IMG/VR virus record: IMGVR_UViG_3300022670_000748
Location: 1 to 40,029 of that record
DNA length: 40,029 nt
Strand: one strand, 5' to 3'
DNA from: a virus
Lineage: Duplodnaviria > Caudoviricetes
Shown: one piece after another, positions 1 to 8,057 of the stretch
Numbering within the stretch: the first letter of the stretch is position 1
Layout: each line of letters opens with the position of its first letter
Program-made: the position numbers and the translations under genes
Notes under the pieces: generated by a model
Told to the model about the DNA's origin: nothing
The model's database searches: none
Seen by the model: only the letters and a program-made list of their open reading frames with translations

Positions 1-144
1 TCAGGTAACTCGCTTCTAATGTCATAATCTCTACTCTTACAAATGACAATATCGAAGAGAGTAACTGAGTTACTATTTTGGAATGAATATATCTTAATAT
101 ACATTTTTTTGTCTTTAGTTTTCATACTTCACCACCACTAATTA
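1..144. repeat. Left copy of 144-bp perfect inverted terminal repeat
   Basis: 1..144 is the exact reverse complement of 39886..40029; identity stops at 145/39885. Confidence 0.95.
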
Positions 145-325
145 TGTAAGAAGACTCTCATGTTTACCTAAGGCACTTAACTTTCATAATGATTATAGAT
201 TTGAGGTTCAAGAACTAATAACATGTTTGAAACACAATTTTTTATTAACTTTTAAAGAATTGATAGTGGAAATAAAAAAGCTGTTTCCAGATGCTAAGCT
301 TACAATTACCAAGATAAAAAAATGA
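143..325 (+). CDS. 3' fragment of hypothetical protein, paralogue of 39534..39908 (5' part probably starts at 39905)
   Basis: Frame reads ...DYRFEVQELITCLKHNFLLTFKELIVEIKKLFPDAKLTITKIKK*, aligning with YKFEVQKFIACFRDNFLMDLKELVNEIKKQFPNAKVLIS; TGA overlaps next ATG (ATGA). Confidence 0.8.
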   Translation, partial: YVRRLSCLPKALNFHNDYRFEVQELITCLKHNFLLTFKELIVEIKKLFPDAKLTITKIKK

Positions 326-684
326 AAGACACTAATAGGATTATAAATCTTCCTAACTTCTTAACGAGTTTGGAGTACGAATTACGCTTGTATAATCTTT
401 GTCTCGAGGAGTGGGACGATAAGGCAAACTATGAGGATCATATAGAATGTGTTAAGGATTTTAGGGTAGTCAGGCATGAGGGCTGGATTATTTTAGAGAT
501 AAGTGAGTATAGTGTTGCGAGTGAAAATTTTGTGCCACACTTCCCTTTAGACTCTTTAGTTAAGATTTTCAAAACTATATTTGAGTCTTTTTACGTCGCC
601 GTGGAGTATAAAATTTATTTAGATTTTTATGCTGATTTTAAGCCGCTCACCCTTGCACTTAAATTTAATGAGAAAGAATCATGA
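322..684 (+). CDS. Hypothetical protein
   Basis: 120-aa ORF coupled to neighbours by ATGA overlaps. Confidence 0.75.
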   Translation: MKDTNRIINLPNFLTSLEYELRLYNLCLEEWDDKANYEDHIECVKDFRVVRHEGWIILEISEYSVASENFVPHFPLDSLVKIFKTIFESFYVAVEYKIYLDFYADFKPLTLALKFNEKES

Positions 685-1046
685 AAATTACACACGAAAT
701 GGTGGCAAAATGTTTTGCTATAACAATGTTTATATTTTTTGTTGTAGGTGCATGTCTTTTTATGATTCTTTTAACGATAGCAATATACCATAAATCTACA
801 AGTCCAGATTCAACCTCAAATATTATTGTTAATAAAGAATATCAGCTTAAGCCCGGATCGCATTACCGTATTATTGAAATATCACTGCGAACCAAAACTA
901 TCAAAGCTAGCGATACTAACAATATCTGGTGGGATAGCATTAGCGGGCATTATGGAGTTGTTGTTGACCATAACCAGACTAGAGAATTCTACCCAATGTG
1001 GGTTATAAATAAGGTCGTAGAAGAGCGTTATTTGGTTAATTATTGA
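681..1046 (+). CDS. Hypothetical membrane-anchored protein
   Basis: N-terminal hydrophobic helix (FAITMFIFFVVGACLFMILLTIAIY); ATGA overlap. Confidence 0.75.
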   Translation: MKITHEMVAKCFAITMFIFFVVGACLFMILLTIAIYHKSTSPDSTSNIIVNKEYQLKPGSHYRIIEISLRTKTIKASDTNNIWWDSISGHYGVVVDHNQTREFYPMWVINKVVEERYLVNY

Positions 1047-1057
1047 GAGGAGAAAGT

Positions 1058-1372
1058 ATGAAAGATAATTTAACTATTGACTTAAAAGACCTAAAAATCG
1101 ATAACTACATTCGCTTTAGAGTAGCTATGGAAATTATTAAGGCTGATTGGAAAATCACGACTTTTGAAAATATTACGGGCGTTAATATATGTTATAATTG
1201 GGAGGAAGTTTGCATCAATTGGGATATCAAACACTTTGCATTCTCGCCAGGCGGATCACCAAGTCTATGGTTTAATTATTTTAAGATTGACTTGCAAGGG
1301 TCATCATTATTTTTTCATTTTTATGATGACAAAGATCGTTTATTTGAGTCTTTCTCTACTAATCTGAATTAA
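1058..1372 (+). CDS. Hypothetical protein
   Basis: ORF 1043..1372; ATG at 1058 preceded by GAGGAG is the more likely start. Confidence 0.7.
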   Translation: MKDNLTIDLKDLKIDNYIRFRVAMEIIKADWKITTFENITGVNICYNWEEVCINWDIKHFAFSPGGSPSLWFNYFKIDLQGSSLFFHFYDDKDRLFESFSTNLN

Positions 1373-1410
1373 GCATATTTATATGGGAATAATTTATTGA
1401 GGGAATAGAT

Positions 1411-1788
1411 ATGGTAGCATTTACAAAGACCATTACAGATAAATATATAGATGAATTGAAAATCAACAATAAAGACGACTATGCAAATATGTCGCATAAT
1501 AAACAACGATGGTATCATCACAAAGCATTAATGTATGCGTTATGTAACATAGATATAATATATTTATTAGACTGTAATAATAATTTTAAAAGTTATTCAG
1601 GGAAGTTACTGCTTTATAATCTTGATTTTGAGGAGGCATTAAACATTTTCTATATGTTTTTTATGAATTGTGAGAATAAAAAGTTTATAAAAGAAGTTAA
1701 AACTGTTGAAGTATACAAACTTACCATCATTATAAATCGTAATGCAGCAAATAGGCTTAATGAAAGACTTGATTTTTTAGAGGGTTAA
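1411..1788 (+). CDS. Hypothetical protein, paralogue of 28515..28940
   Basis: GAGGG RBS; shared motifs WY..(K/R)AL..AL.N.DI..L...NFKS..G..L.YN.D.EEAL. Confidence 0.8.
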   Translation: MVAFTKTITDKYIDELKINNKDDYANMSHNKQRWYHHKALMYALCNIDIIYLLDCNNNFKSYSGKLLLYNLDFEEALNIFYMFFMNCENKKFIKEVKTVEVYKLTIIINRNAANRLNERLDFLEG

Positions 1789-1790
1789 AA

Positions 1791-1949
1791 ATGGTTAAAT
1801 TTAAAATAATATCTTTAAGCCTTATGGTGCTTGTCTTGTTATTACTTCTTGTACCCATCAATTATATGGGGGGTTGGGAGTCACTCATAAGGTCAAGTAT
1901 ATCTACCTTAATTGGTGTTGCCTTTGGTTATCGTATGGGGAGGGTATAA
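1791..1949 (+). CDS. Small membrane protein, 52 aa (not in ORF track)
   Basis: MVKFKIISLSLMVLVLLLLLVPINYMGGWESLIRSSISTLIGVAFGYRMGRV*; GAGG RBS; fills the gap between neighbours. Confidence 0.6.
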   Translation: MVKFKIISLSLMVLVLLLLLVPINYMGGWESLIRSSISTLIGVAFGYRMGRV

Positions 1950-1950
1950 A

Positions 1951-2097
1951 ATGACAGATGAACAGGTGATAAAATATGTTGAGGCATACGTAGAGATTAG
2001 GGTTAAGCAAGAAAGACTTAGAAATCTTACTGTCTGCATTTGGACGGGTGCGGGTGTATTCTCAGCACTTGCAATATTTTTTTGGGTTTTGGTGTAG
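1951..2097 (+). CDS. Small membrane protein
   Basis: ORF 1912..2097; ATG at 1951 follows GGAGG; C-terminal hydrophobic helix. Confidence 0.6.
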   Translation: MTDEQVIKYVEAYVEIRVKQERLRNLTVCIWTGAGVFSALAIFFWVLV

Positions 2098-2100
2098 ATT

Positions 2101-2520
2101 ATGAAAGACAAAGACATAAACTATAAATGTTGCGATAATAAGGAGCTGCTACTATATGTTGAATGCCAATGCGAAAACAGAGACTTATATGGTAACATTA
2201 TAATTAAAATAATATGTAAAAATTGTGATGAGTGGTGGTTTTCTAAAGTATCTAATGATGGAGTAGACCATTTTTGCGGCTCTATTCCTTTATCAGACAT
2301 CATAAAATTTATTAAGCCAACGCTCCCAACAGAACTTAAAAAGATGGTATTAGAATATAGGAAAAGACGTGAAGACATGATATTAGGATATAGAGAAAAA
2401 TTAAGTCTTCTTTTGCCTGATAAAAAATATGATCCAAATTATTGTAAAGATGCAGTAAGTATAGAACTTAACGAGATAGAACAACGTATTTTGGAGTATT
2501 TAGATGCAAATACAGATTGA
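2101..2520 (+). CDS. Cys-rich hypothetical protein (putative Zn-binding KCC...CxxC domain)
   Basis: KCCDN, CQC and CKNC motifs. Confidence 0.7.
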   Translation: MKDKDINYKCCDNKELLLYVECQCENRDLYGNIIIKIICKNCDEWWFSKVSNDGVDHFCGSIPLSDIIKFIKPTLPTELKKMVLEYRKRREDMILGYREKLSLLLPDKKYDPNYCKDAVSIELNEIEQRILEYLDANTD

Positions 2521-2677
2521 ATTCGGTAAATGTTGTGAAAAACAGAATTTTTATTTTGATACATGGGCACAAGAAGAAGGAAGTATATTTATACCATATG
2601 CATTTGTTAAATGTAAATGTGATTATTGTGGAACAGTAATTCCTTTAAGAATAGCTCTAATCCGCACTTCTACCTAG
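2504..2677 (+). CDS. Small putative Zn-ribbon protein, 57 aa (not in ORF track)
   Basis: MQIQIEFGKCCEKQNFYF...CKCDYCG; GGAG RBS; paralogue of 2690..2887. Confidence 0.7.
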   Translation: MQIQIEFGKCCEKQNFYFDTWAQEEGSIFIPYAFVKCKCDYCGTVIPLRIALIRTST

Positions 2678-2689
2678 GGGAACTTAAAA

Positions 2690-2887
2690 ATGAAACTACA
2701 GCTTGAATTTGCTAAATGTTGTGAAAACCAAAAATTTAAATTTGGTTTTGAAGTAGCAGAGGAGCCATATGTACATCCTCTATTACTACCGGTAGCTAAA
2801 CTCGACTTTGATAACCAAAGCAAATTTAGATGCGAGTGGTGTGCAGCAGTATTTATAGTAACAGCAACTCTAAATTCTGGTGATTAA
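2690..2887 (+). CDS. Small putative Zn-ribbon protein
   Basis: MKLQLEFAKCCENQKF...CEWC. Confidence 0.7.
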   Translation: MKLQLEFAKCCENQKFKFGFEVAEEPYVHPLLLPVAKLDFDNQSKFRCEWCAAVFIVTATLNSGD

Positions 2888-3325
2888 CTCAGACATCAGT
2901 ATCCTATTTTTATTAGGCTCGTTGCTGATATGCTGATTATTCATGTCAGCCCCATAAGTATCGCTAGGATCACAATAGATAGTTAAATCATCGAGTATAA
3001 ACCTATCACCTACCCTGCTAATATCATACATCGGTTTGAATTCACTTGTGTTAGTAAAATATAACTTTTTATTGGGACACAACTCAAAGGGTTTATTCAT
3101 CGCTGGATCGGGATATGCGGTGTAGGGAATATGCCGCAATTGTGCTGTGTTACCTTCGAACGCATAAACTACATAATAAATCTCAGTGCTTGAAATATTA
3201 TGCAAATGTACTTGTTTGTTGATAGTGTTATAGATAATTTGAATATCTTTATAAGAAGTTAAAGTAATATCTTTCGCATCATCGTTTAAAATCTCTTTAG
3301 CAACACTTGCTATCCCATACTTCAT
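2870..3325 (-). CDS. Hypothetical protein, last gene of late operon
   Basis: 151-aa ORF with AGAGG RBS. Confidence 0.7.
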   Translation of the reverse strand: MKYGIASVAKEILNDDAKDITLTSYKDIQIIYNTINKQVHLHNISSTEIYYVVYAFEGNTAQLRHIPYTAYPDPAMNKPFELCPNKKLYFTNTSEFKPMYDISRVGDRFILDDLTIYCDPSDTYGADMNNQHISNEPNKNRILMSELITRI

Positions 3326-3337
3326 ATATTTAACCTC

Positions 3338-3688
3338 TTATTTATTATCGCCATGGTCAATTATATGAGCACCGGTGATTTGATCGGAACGATAAAGTAG
3401 ATAATTTATCCATTGCTCAAATTCATAATGTAGATCAGAAAGCCGACGGTTAAAATCTGTTTTTTTAACATAGTCGTTGTCAGTCTCTTCATACCGACGT
3501 TGCAATTCACTACTAAGCTGTGCGAGCCTTTTATCTTGCCTATCATTATCGGTTTTATTTGTGCTTACATTCTGACCAAGTCTAGTATAATCAGATATTA
3601 GAGTATATACACCCCAAGATATACTTCCTGACAACATTAAAGTTGCAACAATTGTGCCAATTAAAGTAGTTTTGCCATTCAATCTCAT
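3338..3688 (-). CDS. Membrane protein with coiled coil (holin- or spanin-like candidate)
   Basis: N-terminal TM helix followed by heptad-rich helix; position at end of late operon; lysis role is inference. Confidence 0.55.
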   Translation of the reverse strand: MRLNGKTTLIGTIVATLMLSGSISWGVYTLISDYTRLGQNVSTNKTDNDRQDKRLAQLSSELQRRYEETDNDYVKKTDFNRRLSDLHYEFEQWINYLLYRSDQITGAHIIDHGDNK

Positions 3689-3689
3689 T

Positions 3690-4244
3690 TTATAAATCTA
3701 TTTTTTCTAAATGCCACACACTACTTACAGAATTAGTAGGGTCAGATGATGCAATAGACGGCGTGTTGGAATTTATTCTAATAGACCCAATCCCAATACT
3801 AGAACTAGAAGATGAATCAAGTACCCATTCGAACTCACAGGTATCATTTACATTCAAATCTAATCTTTCATTCATAAGATAGCGTGGTTCTAAATATTTT
3901 ACATCATACATTACTAACGGAAAAAAATTAAAAAATTCTGTTCCACCTGCAAATCTAACCACTTTCGTTCTAAAAAACATTGCAGCAACATCAAGACCAG
4001 CACTAACAGTTTTCCACACGCTTGCTTGTGTATTTATAAGATAAGTCCCAGTTGTATTAACTGTAAAAACTCCTAACGCATCTTTATCTACATGAGTAGT
4101 AGTCTGTGCAACTCCACATGGAATAGTCTCCCAATCTCCCTTTTGGGATAACTGTATGAGGGCTGTTGTAGTAGCTGTAATAGCTAACTCAGCTACATAT
4201 TGTATACGCTTAGTTGCTGATACAGAAAAATTATTGTTACCCAT
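3690..4244 (-). CDS. Putative virion fibre/spike-associated beta-sandwich protein
   Basis: Beta-rich, C1q/BclA-C-like pattern (GVFTVNTTGTYLINTQASV); N-terminus MGNNNFSVS shared with upstream gene. Confidence 0.55.
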   Translation of the reverse strand: MGNNNFSVSATKRIQYVAELAITATTTALIQLSQKGDWETIPCGVAQTTTHVDKDALGVFTVNTTGTYLINTQASVWKTVSAGLDVAAMFFRTKVVRFAGGTEFFNFFPLVMYDVKYLEPRYLMNERLDLNVNDTCEFEWVLDSSSSSSIGIGSIRINSNTPSIASSDPTNSVSSVWHLEKIDL

Positions 4245-4786
4245 TATAAAACCAAAGATTTAATAATCATTTCCATTGTCAAACATGGTGCATTGGCACC
4301 GGTGAAAGTGCATGGTGCAGCAAACAATTTAGCATCAGGTAATAATGCTCCAGCACTATCAGTCCACCACTGAGTTTCAATTGTATCACCTATACTTGAT
4401 TCACTGTCTAAAATCCTTGTATATGTAGTAAAATTATCCCCTTCGTCCCACTCTGCAACTACTCGTACTCTGGCATTATCAATAATACCATTCATTTTAA
4501 AAACTTGAAGAAACCTAGCTTCAGCACTAGATGAAGTACGTCCTGCATGGGCAGTAACAATTAGTTTAAATTTTACTGCTTGATTAAAAGTTATAAGACC
4601 CGCAGCACTTATCTGAGCAGCGTCAGTTACTAAACCTTGGGCCGCATCGAGTGGAACAGTGAATGGAACATCTGGCGGCAATGCTGAAAAAAGCTGGTCA
4701 GTCGTGCGAACCGCCTCCCACAACACATTTTCTTGATATTCTAATCTAGCATTTCTTGTACTTACAGAAAAATTGTTATTACCCAT
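4244..4786 (-). CDS. Putative virion fibre/spike-associated beta-sandwich protein
   Basis: GLITFNQAVKFKLIVTAH pattern; MGNNNFSVS N-terminus; TAATG coupling to downstream gene. Confidence 0.55.
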   Translation of the reverse strand: MGNNNFSVSTRNARLEYQENVLWEAVRTTDQLFSALPPDVPFTVPLDAAQGLVTDAAQISAAGLITFNQAVKFKLIVTAHAGRTSSSAEARFLQVFKMNGIIDNARVRVVAEWDEGDNFTTYTRILDSESSIGDTIETQWWTDSAGALLPDAKLFAAPCTFTGANAPCLTMEMIIKSLVL

Positions 4787-4795
4787 CTTATTACC

Positions 4796-5776
4796 TTATA
4801 CAAAACTTATCGGCATTCCAGTATTGCGAATCAATACCCGAAGAGATGTACCGCTAAAAGGAACTAATCCGCCCCAACCCCCGTCAACGGTCATTTTAAC
4901 AACATGCGGCATAATACTGCCATTCTCTGCTGTAAAAGAAAATACTAACTCTGCCCCGCTGCCTAATGGTCTAAAATCAGATGCTGTATCTGGTAAACCA
5001 TTAGAAGTAAAATAACGAGTCCCAGTATTAAGGGCAACACCACTATCTATCTCAGGAAAAGTATTATCCACTGGGAAACCAGCACCCAATCCCTGCCGCA
5101 TTTGATACCCTGCAGTAAATATACGACCGTTTAAGAAGTTTGCTATTAAAAAAGGCTGCTTTAGATCATTCTTCCACCATAATTCCAAAGAAACAGGGCC
5201 CCCTGCATCAGGAAAGACCTGTGGAAACGAAAATAACATAACATCAGTAGCTGGGAATGTATTTATATCAAAATTAAGCTCTAACGCACTATTGTAATTA
5301 TTAGCACCCAGAATCCTCCAATCCGTACCTATCAACGATAAATTTATATCTCCATTAGCTTTAGAAAATACTATATCGGTCTGCCCATTAACTGTCTGAC
5401 CGCCCGATGCTATAATTCGAATAGGCTGCTGAATACTTAATTGTCCGGTACCATCACGAATAATTAGCTCACGAGTTTCGGTTGCTGATATAACTTCATT
5501 TAATAACGTTATCTCTAAATCTCCGCCTCCGGGGAATGGTTCTTGCAACGCATTAACTTCTAAGACTTGATCTGTAATAGTTGTTATAGTATTTGTTGTA
5601 ACTGAGCGATAGACTTTATTTATACCTCCGATAACGGTAATAGGTACCCCGCTATCCTTAAGATCGACACCGCCATTGCCGATCATGATATTATCTAATA
5701 TTAAAGTATCACTTGTGGTTACATTGCCTGTACCACCACCGCCGTTAGGCACAATTGGCGAGACTAAATTACTCAT
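4796..5776 (-). CDS. Putative fibre protein (head or tail fibre)
   Basis: Gly-rich N-terminal linker (NGGGGTG), fibre-shaft-like segment, and a T4 gp9/gp10-like domain pattern (LIIRDGTG...IRIIASGGQTVNG...GTDWRI). Confidence 0.6.
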   Translation of the reverse strand: MSNLVSPIVPNGGGGTGNVTTSDTLILDNIMIGNGGVDLKDSGVPITVIGGINKVYRSVTTNTITTITDQVLEVNALQEPFPGGGDLEITLLNEVISATETRELIIRDGTGQLSIQQPIRIIASGGQTVNGQTDIVFSKANGDINLSLIGTDWRILGANNYNSALELNFDINTFPATDVMLFSFPQVFPDAGGPVSLELWWKNDLKQPFLIANFLNGRIFTAGYQMRQGLGAGFPVDNTFPEIDSGVALNTGTRYFTSNGLPDTASDFRPLGSGAELVFSFTAENGSIMPHVVKMTVDGGWGGLVPFSGTSLRVLIRNTGMPISFV

Positions 5777-6045
5777 AGCACACTCACTTGTATATCTGTA
5801 CTGCCGTCAGGACTTGCTAAGGAAAATCGGTAAGAAGTACCTGGCAACATATTAACTCGTAAAACATCAGCGGCTGTCATATCAAAATTAGACAGAACAA
5901 CAAAATCAAGCTCATCTTGTGATGTCTCCATTCTTACTGATGCCGTTCCAAAAGTGCCAGTTGCCTCAACTTGTTTAATACCACCGTTGTGGAGGAATAT
6001 CTCGCTGATCGGCGATGCTTGCGTTAAGTTAGTTGTAAGTAACAT
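5773..6045 (-). CDS. Small beta-rich virion protein (possible head-spike base)
   Basis: 90 aa, VEATGTFGTASVRMETSQD jelly-roll-like pattern; AGAGG RBS; coupled to fibre gene. Confidence 0.5.
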   Translation of the reverse strand: MLLTTNLTQASPISEIFLHNGGIKQVEATGTFGTASVRMETSQDELDFVVLSNFDMTAADVLRVNMLPGTSYRFSLASPDGSTDIQVSVL

Positions 6046-6107
6046 ATAATAATACCTCTGATGATATTACTATATGTTACTTCTAAGATTGTGAAACTTC
6101 AATTAAA

Positions 6108-6124
6108 TGTTCAAAATTTGAACA
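6108..6124. promoter_or_regulatory. 17-bp palindromic operator TGTTCAAAATTTGAACA (copy 1)
   Basis: Perfect 8-1-8 palindrome; identical at 17786 and 28336; variants at 16938 and 22319. Confidence 0.7.
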
Positions 6125-6147
6125 CTTTTTTAGTTTAAGCTAATATT

Positions 6148-6627
6148 CTAATTCCAATAAATTGAATTTGAGTCAATACTATAATTATAAATATTACCTT
6201 GTTCCTGCAATGTTATTATATAATTGCCTGATGATGCAATTTGTGAAGTTAAGATACCATTCATAATTAGAAAAAATATTTGCTGCGTTCTTGAATTGTT
6301 AGATATTGCTCTTGAAGAAGTTAAACCTAAATTAAAAATATATTGTGCTCTTATACTACTTGATAATAAATAAAAAGTATTTACGTCAGGAGCTTCAATA
6401 TTCAATGTTTTCGTGCTGCCAGATGCAATAACGCCTACAACTTCATCACGAACATTAGTTCCATTAAATGAGAGTACCATTGCATTTTTAGATATATCAT
6501 ACAGAGTATAGAGATTATAATATACCGACACACTTCCAGTATTAGTCAAATTGACAACCATTGATTGTGCTGATGCAACACTTAAAAATGCGATAAGAGA
6601 GATAAATGTAGTTATAATATATTTCAT
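6148..6627 (-). CDS. Secreted/periplasmic protein (moron-like)
   Basis: Sec signal peptide MKYIITTFISLIAFLSVASA/Q with AxA cleavage site; AT-rich flanks. Confidence 0.7.
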   Translation of the reverse strand: MKYIITTFISLIAFLSVASAQSMVVNLTNTGSVSVYYNLYTLYDISKNAMVLSFNGTNVRDEVVGVIASGSTKTLNIEAPDVNTFYLLSSSIRAQYIFNLGLTSSRAISNNSRTQQIFFLIMNGILTSQIASSGNYIITLQEQGNIYNYSIDSNSIYWN

Positions 6628-6662
6628 TTTAATTATTCCAGTTAGTTAATAATATTATTATA

Positions 6663-7427
6663 TTAAGTTAAAGGGGGACGTAAATCAATATCAAATGCAC
6701 CAATTACCGCGGAAGAAGGAAAAGGCTCAGTAGTTATAGTTCTAACAACAATAAAAGCTGGATTTTTAGTAACCAAGCTTGCAAGTCGTGATTCATCACC
6801 TAAACTTGAAGTATGTAGTAAAAATATACGATAATTATTGTTGGGAAAAGGTACCGTAAAAGTTACACGTACTTCGAGATTTGCGGGAGATCCTTCGACA
6901 GTAATTGATGCAATCCCTCTAGTAAGGTTAACAGTTGCTGCAGTACTTGTATTTATAGTAGTTGCATTCACTACTATTCTATCTTCATTTATTTGTGAAA
7001 GAGCAAACCTTGCATTTATATCATCGTAAATTATTATATATTCACTTCCAGCAACTAATGCCCCCGGAGGCAATGCAATCCCAGAAACTCCGACTAAATC
7101 AACAGTGCTTAACCCATCAATGCCTAAAGTTACAGCCCCAGTATTAGTTAAATCTTGAATAAATCTTAATTTTTGACCACGCACTGCCCTTTTTAAAACT
7201 GGGTGATTGGGATTAGTTAAAATTATATTGTTAGTGCCAGCAGCATCATAAAATTCCCCATCAACAGCAATATCTTGAATCGCTTGAGATATTTGTGCTA
7301 AATCAGCACTTGTTAAAGTTTGCCCACTCGATAATATTATATTTTCTAATTCTGTTGTGATCTCGTTAAAATCCGCTGCCGGTAGATCAGTGCTGCCACC
7401 GTCCACTTGGGTTTGCATATCTTTCAT
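6663..7427 (-). CDS. Tail fibre protein
   Basis: Follows gp48-like gene; baseplate-anchoring N-terminus (AADFNEITTELENII...LAQISQAI), NTGAVTL.IDGL motif, C-terminal VTFTVPFPN domain. Confidence 0.75.
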   Translation of the reverse strand: MKDMQTQVDGGSTDLPAADFNEITTELENIILSSGQTLTSADLAQISQAIQDIAVDGEFYDAAGTNNIILTNPNHPVLKRAVRGQKLRFIQDLTNTGAVTLGIDGLSTVDLVGVSGIALPPGALVAGSEYIIIYDDINARFALSQINEDRIVVNATTINTSTAATVNLTRGIASITVEGSPANLEVRVTFTVPFPNNNYRIFLLHTSSLGDESRLASLVTKNPAFIVVRTITTEPFPSSAVIGAFDIDLRPPLT

Positions 7428-7439
7428 ATCTTTTTACCT

Positions 7440-8057
7440 CTAAGCTACCTTTATAAAATTAAAAACGATCTTATCTGTAGAAGGAATCAGTTTTGTTATA
7501 AAACATTTTACCCTACTAACATACCCTGTGCCAGAAAAAACCCAAGGGAATTTTATGGGGAAACCTATTGGCTCATCAACATTTATAAAAGTAATAACAA
7601 CAGTATTTGCCGCTTCACTTGCATCGCCAAAAAATAACCATGGGAATTTTACAGGAAACCCACTATTTGCAGTACCATTACTAACCCTGATCTCAAACCC
7701 TAAAATAGCCACAACATCAATTAAATCTTGTGCTGTTTGTGTACCATAAGCCAACATTTTAGCAATTATCTGCCGCTGGCGGGTTTCAATATCACCATCA
7801 TTGGTAAAACAATCGTCAGGTATACCTAACATTGTCTCGTATTCCTCAATAAATTCAATGGTATTAAATATATTATATTCATCTAATTGTTCGTTAAATT
7901 TGTTTCTTAACGATATATCTTCTGTAGCCATCCCTTTTAAAAACTTGTAAAATTTTGTATCAGGCAAATTCTTAGCTATTAGAGCTTTACCAGCCATAAA
8001 ATATTGCCCAAATATCTGGGTTATTTGATCTTTTGAAAGGTCTACAAATATACTCAC
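7440..8057 (-). CDS. Baseplate wedge protein, Mu gp48-like (DUF2313)
   Basis: EYETMLGIPD.C...RQRQIIAK motif and position after gp47. Confidence 0.85.
   Translation of the reverse strand: MSIFVDLSKDQITQIFGQYFMAGKALIAKNLPDTKFYKFLKGMATEDISLRNKFNEQLDEYNIFNTIEFIEEYETMLGIPDDCFTNDGDIETRQRQIIAKMLAYGTQTAQDLIDVVAILGFEIRVSNGTANSGFPVKFPWLFFGDASEAANTVVITFINVDEPIGFPIKFPWVFSGTGYVSRVKCFITKLIPSTDKIVFNFIKVA

Noticed and set aside
1-144. ITR as evidence of a linear protein-primed or hairpin-ended genome, or a transposon
   Set aside because: No terminal protein, PolB, protelomerase or transposase recognised; the repeat cuts through coding sequence
6108-6124. Palindrome as an intrinsic terminator
   Set aside because: AT-rich stem with 1-nt centre, sequence-conserved at five sites and overlapping -10 boxes; fits a protein operator better
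3690-7427. Diversity-generating retroelement or invertible tail-fibre cassette
   Set aside because: No reverse transcriptase or invertase; shared N-termini differ at synonymous sites and are in direct orientation
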